From: a plasmid
Length of the DNA: 64,000 nucleotides
Reading direction: 5' to 3' (one strand)
Sequence record: NZ_CP085281.1
Shown here piece after piece: positions 46,836-54,920 of the stretch. The notes beneath the pieces were generated by a model, which worked only from the letters and a program-made list of their open reading frames with translations, had not been told where the DNA came from and made no database searches. The stretch's first letter is position 1. Every line of letters begins with the position of its first letter. Made by a program: the position numbers and the translations under genes.

Positions 46836-47176
46836 CGCATTCGCACCGAGTCGCCGCGGTGGTTGAAGGCTTCGACCTGCTCGACGGGCGGGTGGGCGAT
46901 GGCCGCGCAGGCGGGGCATAGTGGGGCGCCGTCTTGCAGAAGTGCCGTCGGCGCCGACTGCACCAGGCGAACGCCGCATCGCGACCGTGGGGCCCGGCCC
47001 AGCCCGACGTCGAGCAGGTGCTGCAGCCGTCCGACGCAGTGGATCACCTGATCGCCGTCGTAGTGTCGGCGCGGGCACGCGCATGGCAATTGGTCTGCCT
47101 GCCAGTGCTTCAGCGACCCGTGCAGGTAGTCGGGCACCCACGCCGCGGGTGCCAGGACGACCCCGGCGACGGTCAT
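46832..47176 (-). CDS. Small Cys/His-containing protein, a possible zinc ribbon
   Basis: It carries CACPRRH...HC...CPAC. Confidence 0.35.
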   Translation of the reverse strand: MTVAGVVLAPAAWVPDYLHGSLKHWQADQLPCACPRRHYDGDQVIHCVGRLQHLLDVGLGRAPRSRCGVRLVQSAPTALLQDGAPLCPACAAIAHPPVEQVEAFNHRGDSVRMR

Positions 47177-47907
47177 GATCGGCCTCCAACACCACGCCCT
47201 GCCGCCCACAGCGCCCGGTAGTCCAGGTCCTGCAGCAAGGACAGGTCCTGGCGCTGCAACGTCGGCAGCATCCGCGCCAGCGCCGCCGCCGCAGTCCCGT
47301 CGTACTCCATGGCGGCCGGAAAGATCGCCTGCACATCACCGGGGATGTCGGCGACGAACCCGCCACAGGCGACGTCTTCACCGAGATCACTGATGTGCCA
47401 GCCGTATTCGCCGACCAACCGTGCGATCAGCCACGCCGCGCAGCGTCCCCTCCTCATGGGCTGCTCCTGCGCCGGCAGGATCGGAAGTGGCTCGCCGCAA
47501 CGCCAATGGTCTTGGTGGCGGTGCGGGGTGCGCACGTGCCACTGCGCCAACCAGCACAGCTGGGTGAGCCACTCGTCGCCGGTTTCGGCATCGTTTTGTC
47601 CCAGGCTTGCCACCGCACGCGCCAGCGCGATCAACCGGTGCGACACGTCGCGGCCGGGAACCTGTTGGCGTGCTGCACGATTGCCGCGCAGATCCCAGCT
47701 CACGGTGACGGTGCGCTGGGTGGGCGCCGCGGCGGTGACGAAGGCGGTGGCGGTGTGTGCGTCGAATGCGAGGCGCTTGGGTAGCCAACCGTAGGCGGCC
47801 AGGTCGACGATCATCCAGTAGGCGTCGATCACCTCGGCCGGGGGTTGCTCATCACCGAGACCGGGGATGCGTTCGCGGCCGGCGGACCGCTCGGCGGGCC
47901 GCGTCAT
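47173..47907 (-). CDS. Hypothetical protein
   Basis: 244-aa ORF; its stop overlaps the next gene's start. Confidence 0.45.
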   Translation of the reverse strand: MTRPAERSAGRERIPGLGDEQPPAEVIDAYWMIVDLAAYGWLPKRLAFDAHTATAFVTAAAPTQRTVTVSWDLRGNRAARQQVPGRDVSHRLIALARAVASLGQNDAETGDEWLTQLCWLAQWHVRTPHRHQDHWRCGEPLPILPAQEQPMRRGRCAAWLIARLVGEYGWHISDLGEDVACGGFVADIPGDVQAIFPAAMEYDGTAAAALARMLPTLQRQDLSLLQDLDYRALWAAGRGVGGRS

Positions 47908-48275
47908 CCGGCCAGCCTCACGTCCTGCTCGGCGGGGAGTGCGGCGGCCACGATGTGGGTGAGGTGGCGCAGCTCGTCGTGGTCCGCCGCCTCGCCGGGG
48001 TGGATACCGCGCTTGAGGCGCCGGCGCTCCCGCTCGGAGAGCCCGCCCCAGACCCCGAAGCGCTCGTCATTGTCGAGCGCCCACTGCAGGCACTGCTTCT
48101 GGACAGGGCATTCACGGCAGATCCTCTTGGCCTCCTTGGTCGAGCCGCCCTTCTCCGGATAGAACGCCTCCGGGTCGGTCTGGGGGCAAATCGCTCGGCT
48201 TGACCAGTCCTCATCGGATGGCTGCGGTTGCGCCTCCAACATGCCGATCAGCTCGATCACTGCCGCTTCAGACAT
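47904..48275 (-). CDS. whiB: WhiB-family (Wbl) iron-sulfur transcriptional regulator
   Basis: It has the four Cys (C-x19-C-x2-C-x5-C), the GVWGG turn and a basic C-terminal tail. Confidence 0.8.
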   Translation of the reverse strand: MSEAAVIELIGMLEAQPQPSDEDWSSRAICPQTDPEAFYPEKGGSTKEAKRICRECPVQKQCLQWALDNDERFGVWGGLSERERRRLKRGIHPGEAADHDELRHLTHIVAAALPAEQDVRLAG

Positions 48276-48582
48276 CGCATCTACCTCCCCAAGTCAGTCG
48301 CCCTAATCGGCGCGAATCTGCAAATCCAACCAGTTACGATTTGCATATCGGTAGGGGCAAGATTAGCGGCTGACTACGCCATATCCGGTTCCCCGAAAAG
48401 GTAAATTTCTCCGTGATGGTTAACTTGGCGACACCGTTCCGAGTGCACCTGGACCTTCACATCAGCCGGCACGCCCCAGCCAGGGAAAACGACACGTCCC
48501 CGCCGCCGAGTGCGGTTATCGGGTACCGGCGCCGCCGGGCAGGCCCCGTGGGTGGGGCTCTGCCATTTGCGCAGGCAGGCGA
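48276..48582. promoter_or_regulatory. Intergenic region upstream of the whiB-...-dnaB operon, a candidate promoter and possibly an origin-proximal region
   Basis: A relatively AT-rich stretch (tcggtaggggcaagattagcggctgac..., aaaggtaaatttctccgtgatggttaacttgg) in an otherwise high-GC window. Confidence 0.3.
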
Positions 48583-49611
48583 CTAATACGCGGTATGCCG
48601 CGCTACGGAGCCGACCTGGTCATAGCCGTCCACCATGGCCAATAGGTCGGTGTTCAGATCACCCAGCGCGGCGGCGGCCAACTCATTCTCCGCACCGGCC
48701 ACGAACAGCGAGCCGTCACCGGTGTCTATCGCGTCGGCATGGAGCCGGCGCGCGCGCTGCTGCACCTCGTCGAGCGTTGCCACACAGCGGTGTAGCACCG
48801 TCAACCGGTCGAGCAGGGCGTTAGTCAAGATGCGACGTTCGGAGCGCACCGCGGTCCGCGCAAGTCCCCTCAGCGTCACCATCTGCGCCAGCTGCGCCGT
48901 CTGGTCATCGTGCCGATCGAGGCTGTAGGCCGCGCGGGCGATCTGGAAGATCTCCTCGTCGGCATCGAAACGCGTTCGCAGCACGTCGACCCCGGGAAGC
49001 GTCCATGCTGGGCTGCCGGCCAGCTCATCCACCACCGAAATGCCTTCGAGCAGATAGGCGCCGCCGGCCGTGATCGATCCTTCGCCAGCCAGCGGATTCC
49101 AGTCCAAGACGCGCCGCGCAGCGTTGACTTCCCGCCGCTGGGCCGGGGCGAGCCTGAGCGGGTCCCGCACCGCCCAAACCAGGAGGGCGGCAATGGCCGA
49201 GGCCACGGTGATGCATGCGAGGGCACCCCAGCCCGCCAGGACGCCGACTCGAGCCCGATCGTCGGCTGCCCGAGCGCAGATCAATCCAGTGAGCGCCAGC
49301 AAGACCGAGGCGATCGCCCAGCAGGTGGCGCTACGCGGTGTGGCCCAGCGTGGGAGCCGGTGTTGCCGCGGCCCGGCCACACCGAACAGGGTTGCTGCGG
49401 GCATGCCGGCCGAACGGCGACCGGCGATCAGTTCCGCGGTGGTGGCGCTGAGGTCTGCCAGGCGCAAGGGTGCCACGTGCGGCCCACGCCACAACCACGT
49501 CGGGCCGGTGGTGATGCTGCGACGGTCCTGGGCCTGCCAGAACGCCAGTCGCATGCGGACGCGGGCCCGCAGCTCGTCGCCGTCGCTGTCCGCCTCTGGT
49601 TCGCCGCCCAC
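48583..49611 (-). CDS. Hypothetical membrane protein
   Basis: 342 aa with hydrophobic segments. Confidence 0.45.
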   Translation of the reverse strand: MGGEPEADSDGDELRARVRMRLAFWQAQDRRSITTGPTWLWRGPHVAPLRLADLSATTAELIAGRRSAGMPAATLFGVAGPRQHRLPRWATPRSATCWAIASVLLALTGLICARAADDRARVGVLAGWGALACITVASAIAALLVWAVRDPLRLAPAQRREVNAARRVLDWNPLAGEGSITAGGAYLLEGISVVDELAGSPAWTLPGVDVLRTRFDADEEIFQIARAAYSLDRHDDQTAQLAQMVTLRGLARTAVRSERRILTNALLDRLTVLHRCVATLDEVQQRARRLHADAIDTGDGSLFVAGAENELAAAALGDLNTDLLAMVDGYDQVGSVARHTAY

Positions 49612-49835
49612 GCTTCTGGCCTCTTTTCACGGTCCAGAGAACGAAATCCCCTGGAGGATAAAGCAACTCCGACATGGGGCGCGTTGCCGCACCGCTACCG
49701 GGAAACCCTTTGCCAAAGACCCCTGTGACCATGCCGGAGTTGCGAGCCTCAGTCTATGGCGTGGATGCCGGCCAACCGCCTGCCGCGCAGGGGTTGCTTT
49801 TCGCAACATCGCAGCCGTCCCGAGACCGGCGCGAC

Positions 49836-50588
49836 CTACTCGGACTCGGGCAGGAACTCGTCGGGGACGAAGTACGCCGGGGGCACACTGAAGAGCCGGG
49901 CCAGCTCGTGGACCACGTCCAGGCGGGGCGGTGCCTCGCCGTGGAAGTAGCGGTAGATCTGGGTCTGCGACACCGGCAGATCCGGGGCCTGCTCCTTGAG
50001 CATCCGCTGAATCCGCAACGGCGTGAGCTTGCGGACCCGATCGGTGTCGAGCATGCGCACGTTCATGCTGGCGGCCAGCGCCTGGAAACGCGTGGCGAAG
50101 TACTCCGTCGCAACGTGTGGCGGATCGATGGCCGTCTTGTCACGCTGTCCGCTGCGCGCCGATTCGAGATCCACGCCACTGAAGCTGGGGATCTCGTCGT
50201 CGGTGCCCTCGACGAAGTAGGTGGGCGTCACTCCGAAGAGCCGCGCCAGCTCGTAGACGACGTCCAGTCGGGGCGGCGCCTCGCCGTGGAAGTAGCGATA
50301 GATCTGGGTCTGCGACACCGGCAAATCCGGGGCCTGCTCCTTGAGCATCCGCTGAATCCGCAACGGCGTGAGCTTGCGGACCCGATCGGTGTCCAGCATC
50401 CGCACCTTCATGCTGCCAGCTAATTCTTGAAACTTCTTCGAGAAGAATTCGGTGGCGACATGCGGCGGATCAATCACCGCCCGCGCCTGCGCTGGCACCG
50501 CAGGAACCAACTGGTGCGATGCCACTTCCTGCCTTCCGCCAGCACGATCGGTGTCAACGTCGGAGGCGTTGTCCACGTGGTTGGTCAT
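49836..50588 (-). CDS. Transcriptional regulator with two tandem HTH (XRE-like) domains produced by internal duplication
   Basis: The protein contains two roughly 110-aa repeats beginning IDPPHVATE(F/Y)F...MLDTDRVRKLTPLRIQRMLKEQAPDLPVSQTQIYRYFHGEAPPRLDVV. Confidence 0.7.
   Translation of the reverse strand: MTNHVDNASDVDTDRAGGRQEVASHQLVPAVPAQARAVIDPPHVATEFFSKKFQELAGSMKVRMLDTDRVRKLTPLRIQRMLKEQAPDLPVSQTQIYRYFHGEAPPRLDVVYELARLFGVTPTYFVEGTDDEIPSFSGVDLESARSGQRDKTAIDPPHVATEYFATRFQALAASMNVRMLDTDRVRKLTPLRIQRMLKEQAPDLPVSQTQIYRYFHGEAPPRLDVVHELARLFSVPPAYFVPDEFLPESE
49890..50445. repeat. Intragenic direct repeat with a period of about 354 bp; the core of about 150 bp is roughly 95% identical
   Basis: The core cggggcgg(t/c)gcctcgccgtggaagtagcg(g/a)tagatctgggtctgcgacaccggca(g/a)atccggggcctgctccttgagcatccgctgaatccgcaacggcgtgagcttgcggacccgatcggtgtc occurs at about 49924 and about 50278. 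Confidence 0.8.
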
Positions 50589-50656
50589 CGGTCATCCAAT
50601 TCTGCGTCGATCCCACTCGGACAACCCCCCGGCCTCATGTGATTTCAGCAACTACC

Positions 50657-51079
50657 CTAGCCGCCCACACCCGATTCGCCACTCTGGTCCGTCATATTCG
50701 GGACAGCCGTGACCGGCGGCGGCAGGACACGCGCGACACCGGGGATCTGAACCCCACGTCGTTCGAGAAATTCCTGGATCGCCAGGGACGTCGCATCACC
50801 CTTGGGCAATTCGTACTCGTCGATGAACGCGGCAAAGGCGGTGTGCACCTGAGAGTTGATGTGCACGTTCAAGCCTGTGCGTTTGACCTTGCGGCTGCGC
50901 AGCTGCTCCAGGGCGGGATCATGGGCAACCAGATCGGCCACCGCGCTGCCTGCAGGTCCTGGCTGCGCGGCCGGTGCGGCCGCTGCCGCACCCGAGGGCA
51001 CACCACGAACCCGGGCGGCATCCGGTGACACCGCACGGCCACGGGCATTGGGCAGCGGCATGGCAGCGTCCTTAGCCAT
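50657..51079 (-). CDS. Small ParB/ParG-like centromere-binding protein (RHH-like C-terminus)
   Basis: 140 aa immediately downstream of parA with an 8-bp overlap. The C-terminal part is basic and helical (RSRKVKRTGLNVHINSQVHTAFAAFI). Confidence 0.5.
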   Translation of the reverse strand: MAKDAAMPLPNARGRAVSPDAARVRGVPSGAAAAAPAAQPGPAGSAVADLVAHDPALEQLRSRKVKRTGLNVHINSQVHTAFAAFIDEYELPKGDATSLAIQEFLERRGVQIPGVARVLPPPVTAVPNMTDQSGESGVGG

Positions 51080-51923
51080 TGGTCATCAGTCCTTCCTCGG
51101 CGATGCGCACCGCGAGCCGCTGATAGTCCTCGGCTGCAGTGCAATGCGGGTCGTACACCGAGATGGGCTGGCAGTGCGCCTTGGCCTCGGTAACACGGAT
51201 CGTGCGAGAGATGTAGCCCAGGTACTCCTTGGGCCAGGCCTGTTCGACAGCACGGCGAATGGCCTTGGTAGCCCGAGAGCCGCCCAGGTAGTTGGTGAGC
51301 AACACGTGGGTGATCTTGATGCCGGGATTGTTGAGGTCGACGTTCTCGACCGCAGCGTCCAGCGACGCGAGGGCCCCGACCTCGTCGGGACCGGTCCCTA
51401 CGGTGGCCAGAACCCACGTCGCTGCCGACAATGCCGCTGAGGCAAGCTCATTCAGCGTAGGACGGCAGTCGATGATGATGAAGTCGTAGGCGGGCAGGGT
51501 CTCCACCTCGCGGCGCAGACGCATCTGACCGCCGGGCCCCAGCCCCTTGTCGAGTTCATCGAGCGCTTCGCGTGACGGCGCGACGTCGACGCCGTAGTCG
51601 GTGCCCTGGATGACGTCGTTGAGCGGCAGCCGGCGGTGCTTCTCGGGGTTGAGGACGTTGAACATGGTGGGCGTGGGGTCGCCGTCCGGGGGGATCTGCA
51701 ATCCCAGTCCGGTCGTCGCGTTGCCTTGCGGGTCCATGTCGATCAACAGCACACGGATCGGACGCGTCTGACCTTCGGCCTCGTCGAAGACCTCCAGTCG
51801 AGTCAGCTCATAACTCAGGTTGACCGCGGTGGTCGTCTTACCCACACCGCCCTTGCGCATGGCCACCGCAATGACCACGGGCGGCGAATTCAGGGCCCGG
51901 ACCAGCTTCGGAGTCTTTGGCAT
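51072..51923 (-). CDS. parA: ParA partition ATPase
   Basis: It has the deviant Walker A AMRKGGVGKTTTAVNL, followed by DMDPQGN and DCRP. The ORF is trimmed to start at MPKTPKL. Confidence 0.85.
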   Translation of the reverse strand: MPKTPKLVRALNSPPVVIAVAMRKGGVGKTTTAVNLSYELTRLEVFDEAEGQTRPIRVLLIDMDPQGNATTGLGLQIPPDGDPTPTMFNVLNPEKHRRLPLNDVIQGTDYGVDVAPSREALDELDKGLGPGGQMRLRREVETLPAYDFIIIDCRPTLNELASAALSAATWVLATVGTGPDEVGALASLDAAVENVDLNNPGIKITHVLLTNYLGGSRATKAIRRAVEQAWPKEYLGYISRTIRVTEAKAHCQPISVYDPHCTAAEDYQRLAVRIAEEGLMTNG

Positions 51924-52014
51924 GCGCAAATCATAACCTTCCGGCACCGGGTGAGTGCCTCTGCTGCGCCAAAAAACCGGCAGTCATCAGGGGCCATACT
52001 GTCTTCGCAGGTCA

Positions 52015-52120
52015 CAGCATAATTCACACGCATTGTGCGCGACACGCGGGGACACATTCACGAACCATTGACGACAGATTCACGGATGGATCACGTGCCG
52101 CGTGCACAGAATGTGCACGC
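52015..52120. promoter_or_regulatory. Candidate par operator / centromere-like site with ATTCAC repeats and a 19-bp perfect palindrome
   Basis: ATTCAC occurs at 52022, 52056 and 52078. The palindrome cgtgcaca-gaa-tgtgcacg lies at 52101-52119. Confidence 0.4.
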
Positions 52121-52277
52121 GAGGCCGATTCCGAACCGGGCCTCACCCGCTGTTCATCTCACCGCCCCGTCGCGGTTCCCTTCCGGCGACACGCCGAGCC
52201 ACCGTCCAATCCGCTCCAAATTGGCCCTGCTCGGGCCCCGTATACGCCCTGGATACGGCCATACCATTGGACGATGA

Positions 52278-52546
52278 GCCCCCGCGCCGATGACCTGACC
52301 TCACCGGCCGGCGCCCTCAGCGCCGCCTTGGCTGCACTGTGCGAGGCCTCCACCGCGGATGAACAGTGGCGACGCTGGCAGTACGCACGCACGGCCGCCG
52401 ACTACGCCGCCGAAGCCTGGTGGCACCCCGACAGCACCGCCGAACAACGGGCAGAAGCCTCCCGCTGCCTCAAGCTGAGCGATGACCTCGACGAGGAGAG
52501 CAAGGCCCGACGCGACCGGGAGCGTCCCGGGGAGTGGTGTAAGTGA
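52278..52546 (+). CDS. Small hypothetical protein (about 89 aa), divergent from parA
   Basis: The ORF ends MSPRADDLTSPAGALSAAL...RERPGEWCK. Confidence 0.3.
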
Positions 52547-52580
52547 TGGCGGCGTGTCGGTCCCTGACGTAAGAGGGCCA

Positions 52581-53895
52581 TCGCGTGAGTCTCTGTGGTG
52601 AAACGACCAAGAATCACTACCGAGAGGAACATCGCGATGGCCCTGGACCAGTCTGCCTTGCTGGAGGTGCTCGACGCACTGCGCACCGCCGATGCCGGTG
52701 AGCGGATCACTCAAGCCGCCGAAACGATCTACCAAGCCTTGATCGACGCGGAGTTGACCGCGTTCATCGGGGCTTCTCCCCATGAGCGCACCGAGACCCG
52801 CTCCAATCAGCGCAACGGCTCGCGTCCGCGCACGCTGTCCACGGTCGCAGGGGACCTGGAACTGCGGATTCCCAAGCTGCGCACCGGGTCATTTTTCCCG
52901 GCGTTGTTGGAGCGGCGTCGCCGGGTCGATCAGTGCTTGTTCGCGGTGGTGATGGAGGCCTACCTGCACGGCACCTCCACCCGCAAGGTCGACGATCTGG
53001 TCAAGGCACTGGGTACCGATACCGGGATCTCCAAAAGCGAGGTCAGCCGGATCTGCAAAGACCTCGACACCGAGGTCGCGGCCTTCCGGGACCGGCCGTT
53101 GGGTGATCAGCGCTTTCCGTATGTCTTCCTCGACGCCACCTACTGCAAGGCCCGGGTGAATCATCGGGTGGTGTCGCAGGCGGTGGTCATCGCCACCGGG
53201 GTGGCCGCTGACGGGCGCCGCGAGGTACTGGGCTTTGAGGTCGGAGACTCCGAGGACGGGGCGTTCTGGACCGCGTTTTTGCGGTCGTTGAAATCCCGCG
53301 GTCTGGCCGGAGTCCAACTGGTCATCTCCGATGCCCATGCCGGACTGCGCAGTGCCATTGACGCCGTGCTGATCGGGGCCGCCTGGCAGCGGTGTCGAGT
53401 GCACTTCCTGCGCAACGTGCTCGCCCAAGTGCCCAAGGGCTCCGCAGAGATGGTCGCCGCCGCGATCCGCACCGTCTTCGCCCAGCCAGACGCCGAGCAC
53501 GTGCGCGAACAACTCGACACCATCGCCGGCATGCTCGGCCGCCAGTTCCCCAAGGTCGAAACCATGTTGCGCGAGGCCGCCGCCGACATCACCGCCTTCG
53601 CCGACTTCCCGGTGGCCCACTGGAAAAAGATCTGGTCAACCAACCCACTGGAGCGATTGAACAAGGAAATCAAACGCCGCACCGACGTCGTCGGCGTGTT
53701 CCCCAACCCCGCCGCGCTGTTACGGCTGGCCGGCTCGGTACTCGTTGAGGCCCACGACGAATGGCAGGTCGCCGACAAGCGCTACCTCTCCGAGACCAGC
53801 CTCGCTCTGCTCGACGTCAGTGACCAAAGTGCCGAAACCATTGCCCCCACAGCCGCTCTCACGGCATAGTGGCTACCACAGAGCCACACGCGGAC
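52581..53895 (+). mobile_element. IS256-family insertion sequence (IS1081-like), about 1.3 kb
   Basis: The transposase gene is flanked by imperfect inverted repeats: left gcgtgagtctctgtggt and right (reverse complement) gcgtgtggctctgtggt. The exact ends and target-site duplication are not resolved. Confidence 0.75.
52637..53869 (+). CDS. IS256-family (mutator-type) transposase
   Basis: Signature blocks are ERSNQRNGSRPRTL, GTSTRKVDDL, VISDAHAGL, WQRCRVHFLRN and NPLERLNKEIKRRTDVVGVFPN. It is strongly similar to IS1081 transposase. Confidence 0.85.
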   Translation: MALDQSALLEVLDALRTADAGERITQAAETIYQALIDAELTAFIGASPHERTETRSNQRNGSRPRTLSTVAGDLELRIPKLRTGSFFPALLERRRRVDQCLFAVVMEAYLHGTSTRKVDDLVKALGTDTGISKSEVSRICKDLDTEVAAFRDRPLGDQRFPYVFLDATYCKARVNHRVVSQAVVIATGVAADGRREVLGFEVGDSEDGAFWTAFLRSLKSRGLAGVQLVISDAHAGLRSAIDAVLIGAAWQRCRVHFLRNVLAQVPKGSAEMVAAAIRTVFAQPDAEHVREQLDTIAGMLGRQFPKVETMLREAAADITAFADFPVAHWKKIWSTNPLERLNKEIKRRTDVVGVFPNPAALLRLAGSVLVEAHDEWQVADKRYLSETSLALLDVSDQSAETIAPTAALTA

Positions 53896-53993
53896 ACGCG
53901 ACCGCTCTTACACCACTCCACGGGACGTGACCACGCGACCGACTGCGCGCAGGCATCCGTCGGCCGCGGCCGACAGCCAAATAACCCTCGGCC

Positions 53994-54818
53994 ATGGAAC
54001 GCCACCGGCGGCGGCCAGGCGATTCAGAACGGCGATCAGTGGAGCCACATACGTTGTCCAGCAACAGCATTCAATTGGCGTCGACGCCGGCCACCAATGC
54101 ACTCACGCACGCCCGGCTACAGATTCACCACGGTGGTCGAGGTGTCGCAGCCCGACGTGCGGTGACCGCGTCCCTGCTGCTGGTCCTCGCGGGGTGCGCC
54201 GCCACGGTCACCGGCCATCAGGAGCCTGGTGCGGCCGCTCGTCACGCGTCAGACCTCAACACGGTCCTACTGACTCCCGAAGAGGTCGACACCTCGATCG
54301 CGGCCGCCGGCGTACAGATCGACACCACCCAGAGCACTCTCGTCGACGACAGCCCCTACACCACACCGCTGACGTGCCTCGCGGTCAGCAGCATGGGCCA
54401 GGAGCATGTCTACGACCGAACCCAGTGGACGTCTGCGCGCATGCAGAGCATGCACGAACCCGGCGACAGCTACGCCCATCTGGTGCACCAGGCCGTCGTC
54501 GAGCTTCCCGACGCGGGCGCCGCCAACGCCTTCTACGCCAGGTCCGCCCGCGACTGGGCGGCGTGCGCGCCCGGCCGCTACACCTACAGCGCCGAGGCCG
54601 ACCAGGACGCCGCCGTATGGGATGTCGGGCCAGTCGCTGACCTCAATCACGTTCTCACAGCGACGATCACAGAGTCAGACAGCGACGATTGGTCGTGTCA
54701 ACGAGCCTTGACCACATCTCTCAACGTCGTGGTCGACGTGCTGAGTTGTTCAGCGACACCCGCTCAGTCGGCGGCAACGGTCGCGCAGAAGATCGCCGCG
54801 AAGATCACCGACGACTAG
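53994..54818 (+). CDS. Putative lipoprotein with a Cys-paired extracytoplasmic sensor-like domain; the start is probably the internal GTG at 54162
   Basis: The lipobox is LLLVLAGCAA. The mature domain has paired Cys (TCLAVSS, AACAPGRYTY, WSCQ), like PknH-C-type sensor domains. Confidence 0.5.
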   Translation: MERHRRRPGDSERRSVEPHTLSSNSIQLASTPATNALTHARLQIHHGGRGVAARRAVTASLLLVLAGCAATVTGHQEPGAAARHASDLNTVLLTPEEVDTSIAAAGVQIDTTQSTLVDDSPYTTPLTCLAVSSMGQEHVYDRTQWTSARMQSMHEPGDSYAHLVHQAVVELPDAGAANAFYARSARDWAACAPGRYTYSAEADQDAAVWDVGPVADLNHVLTATITESDSDDWSCQRALTTSLNVVVDVLSCSATPAQSAATVAQKIAAKITDD

Positions 54819-54920
54819 CGGCGTCAATCCCCTGGCCGCCGGGCGGTCTCGCGCGGGAACCCACAGCACACGAAGAGGCCCCTCCCCCGAGGGGGGCTCC
54901 TTCGTGCCGTGTTTCAGACG

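Noticed and set aside
49674-50423. 249-aa plus-strand ORF
   Set aside because: It is antisense to the duplicated HTH regulator and shows the same internal repeat purely because of the DNA duplication.
51917-52546. 209-aa plus-strand ORF
   Set aside because: Its N-terminal half overlaps the parA start on the opposite strand and is Cys/His/Arg-rich nonsense. Only the last 89 codons (52278-52546) are kept as a possible small gene.
53161-53778. 205-aa minus-strand ORF inside the IS
   Set aside because: Antisense to a clear IS256-family transposase.
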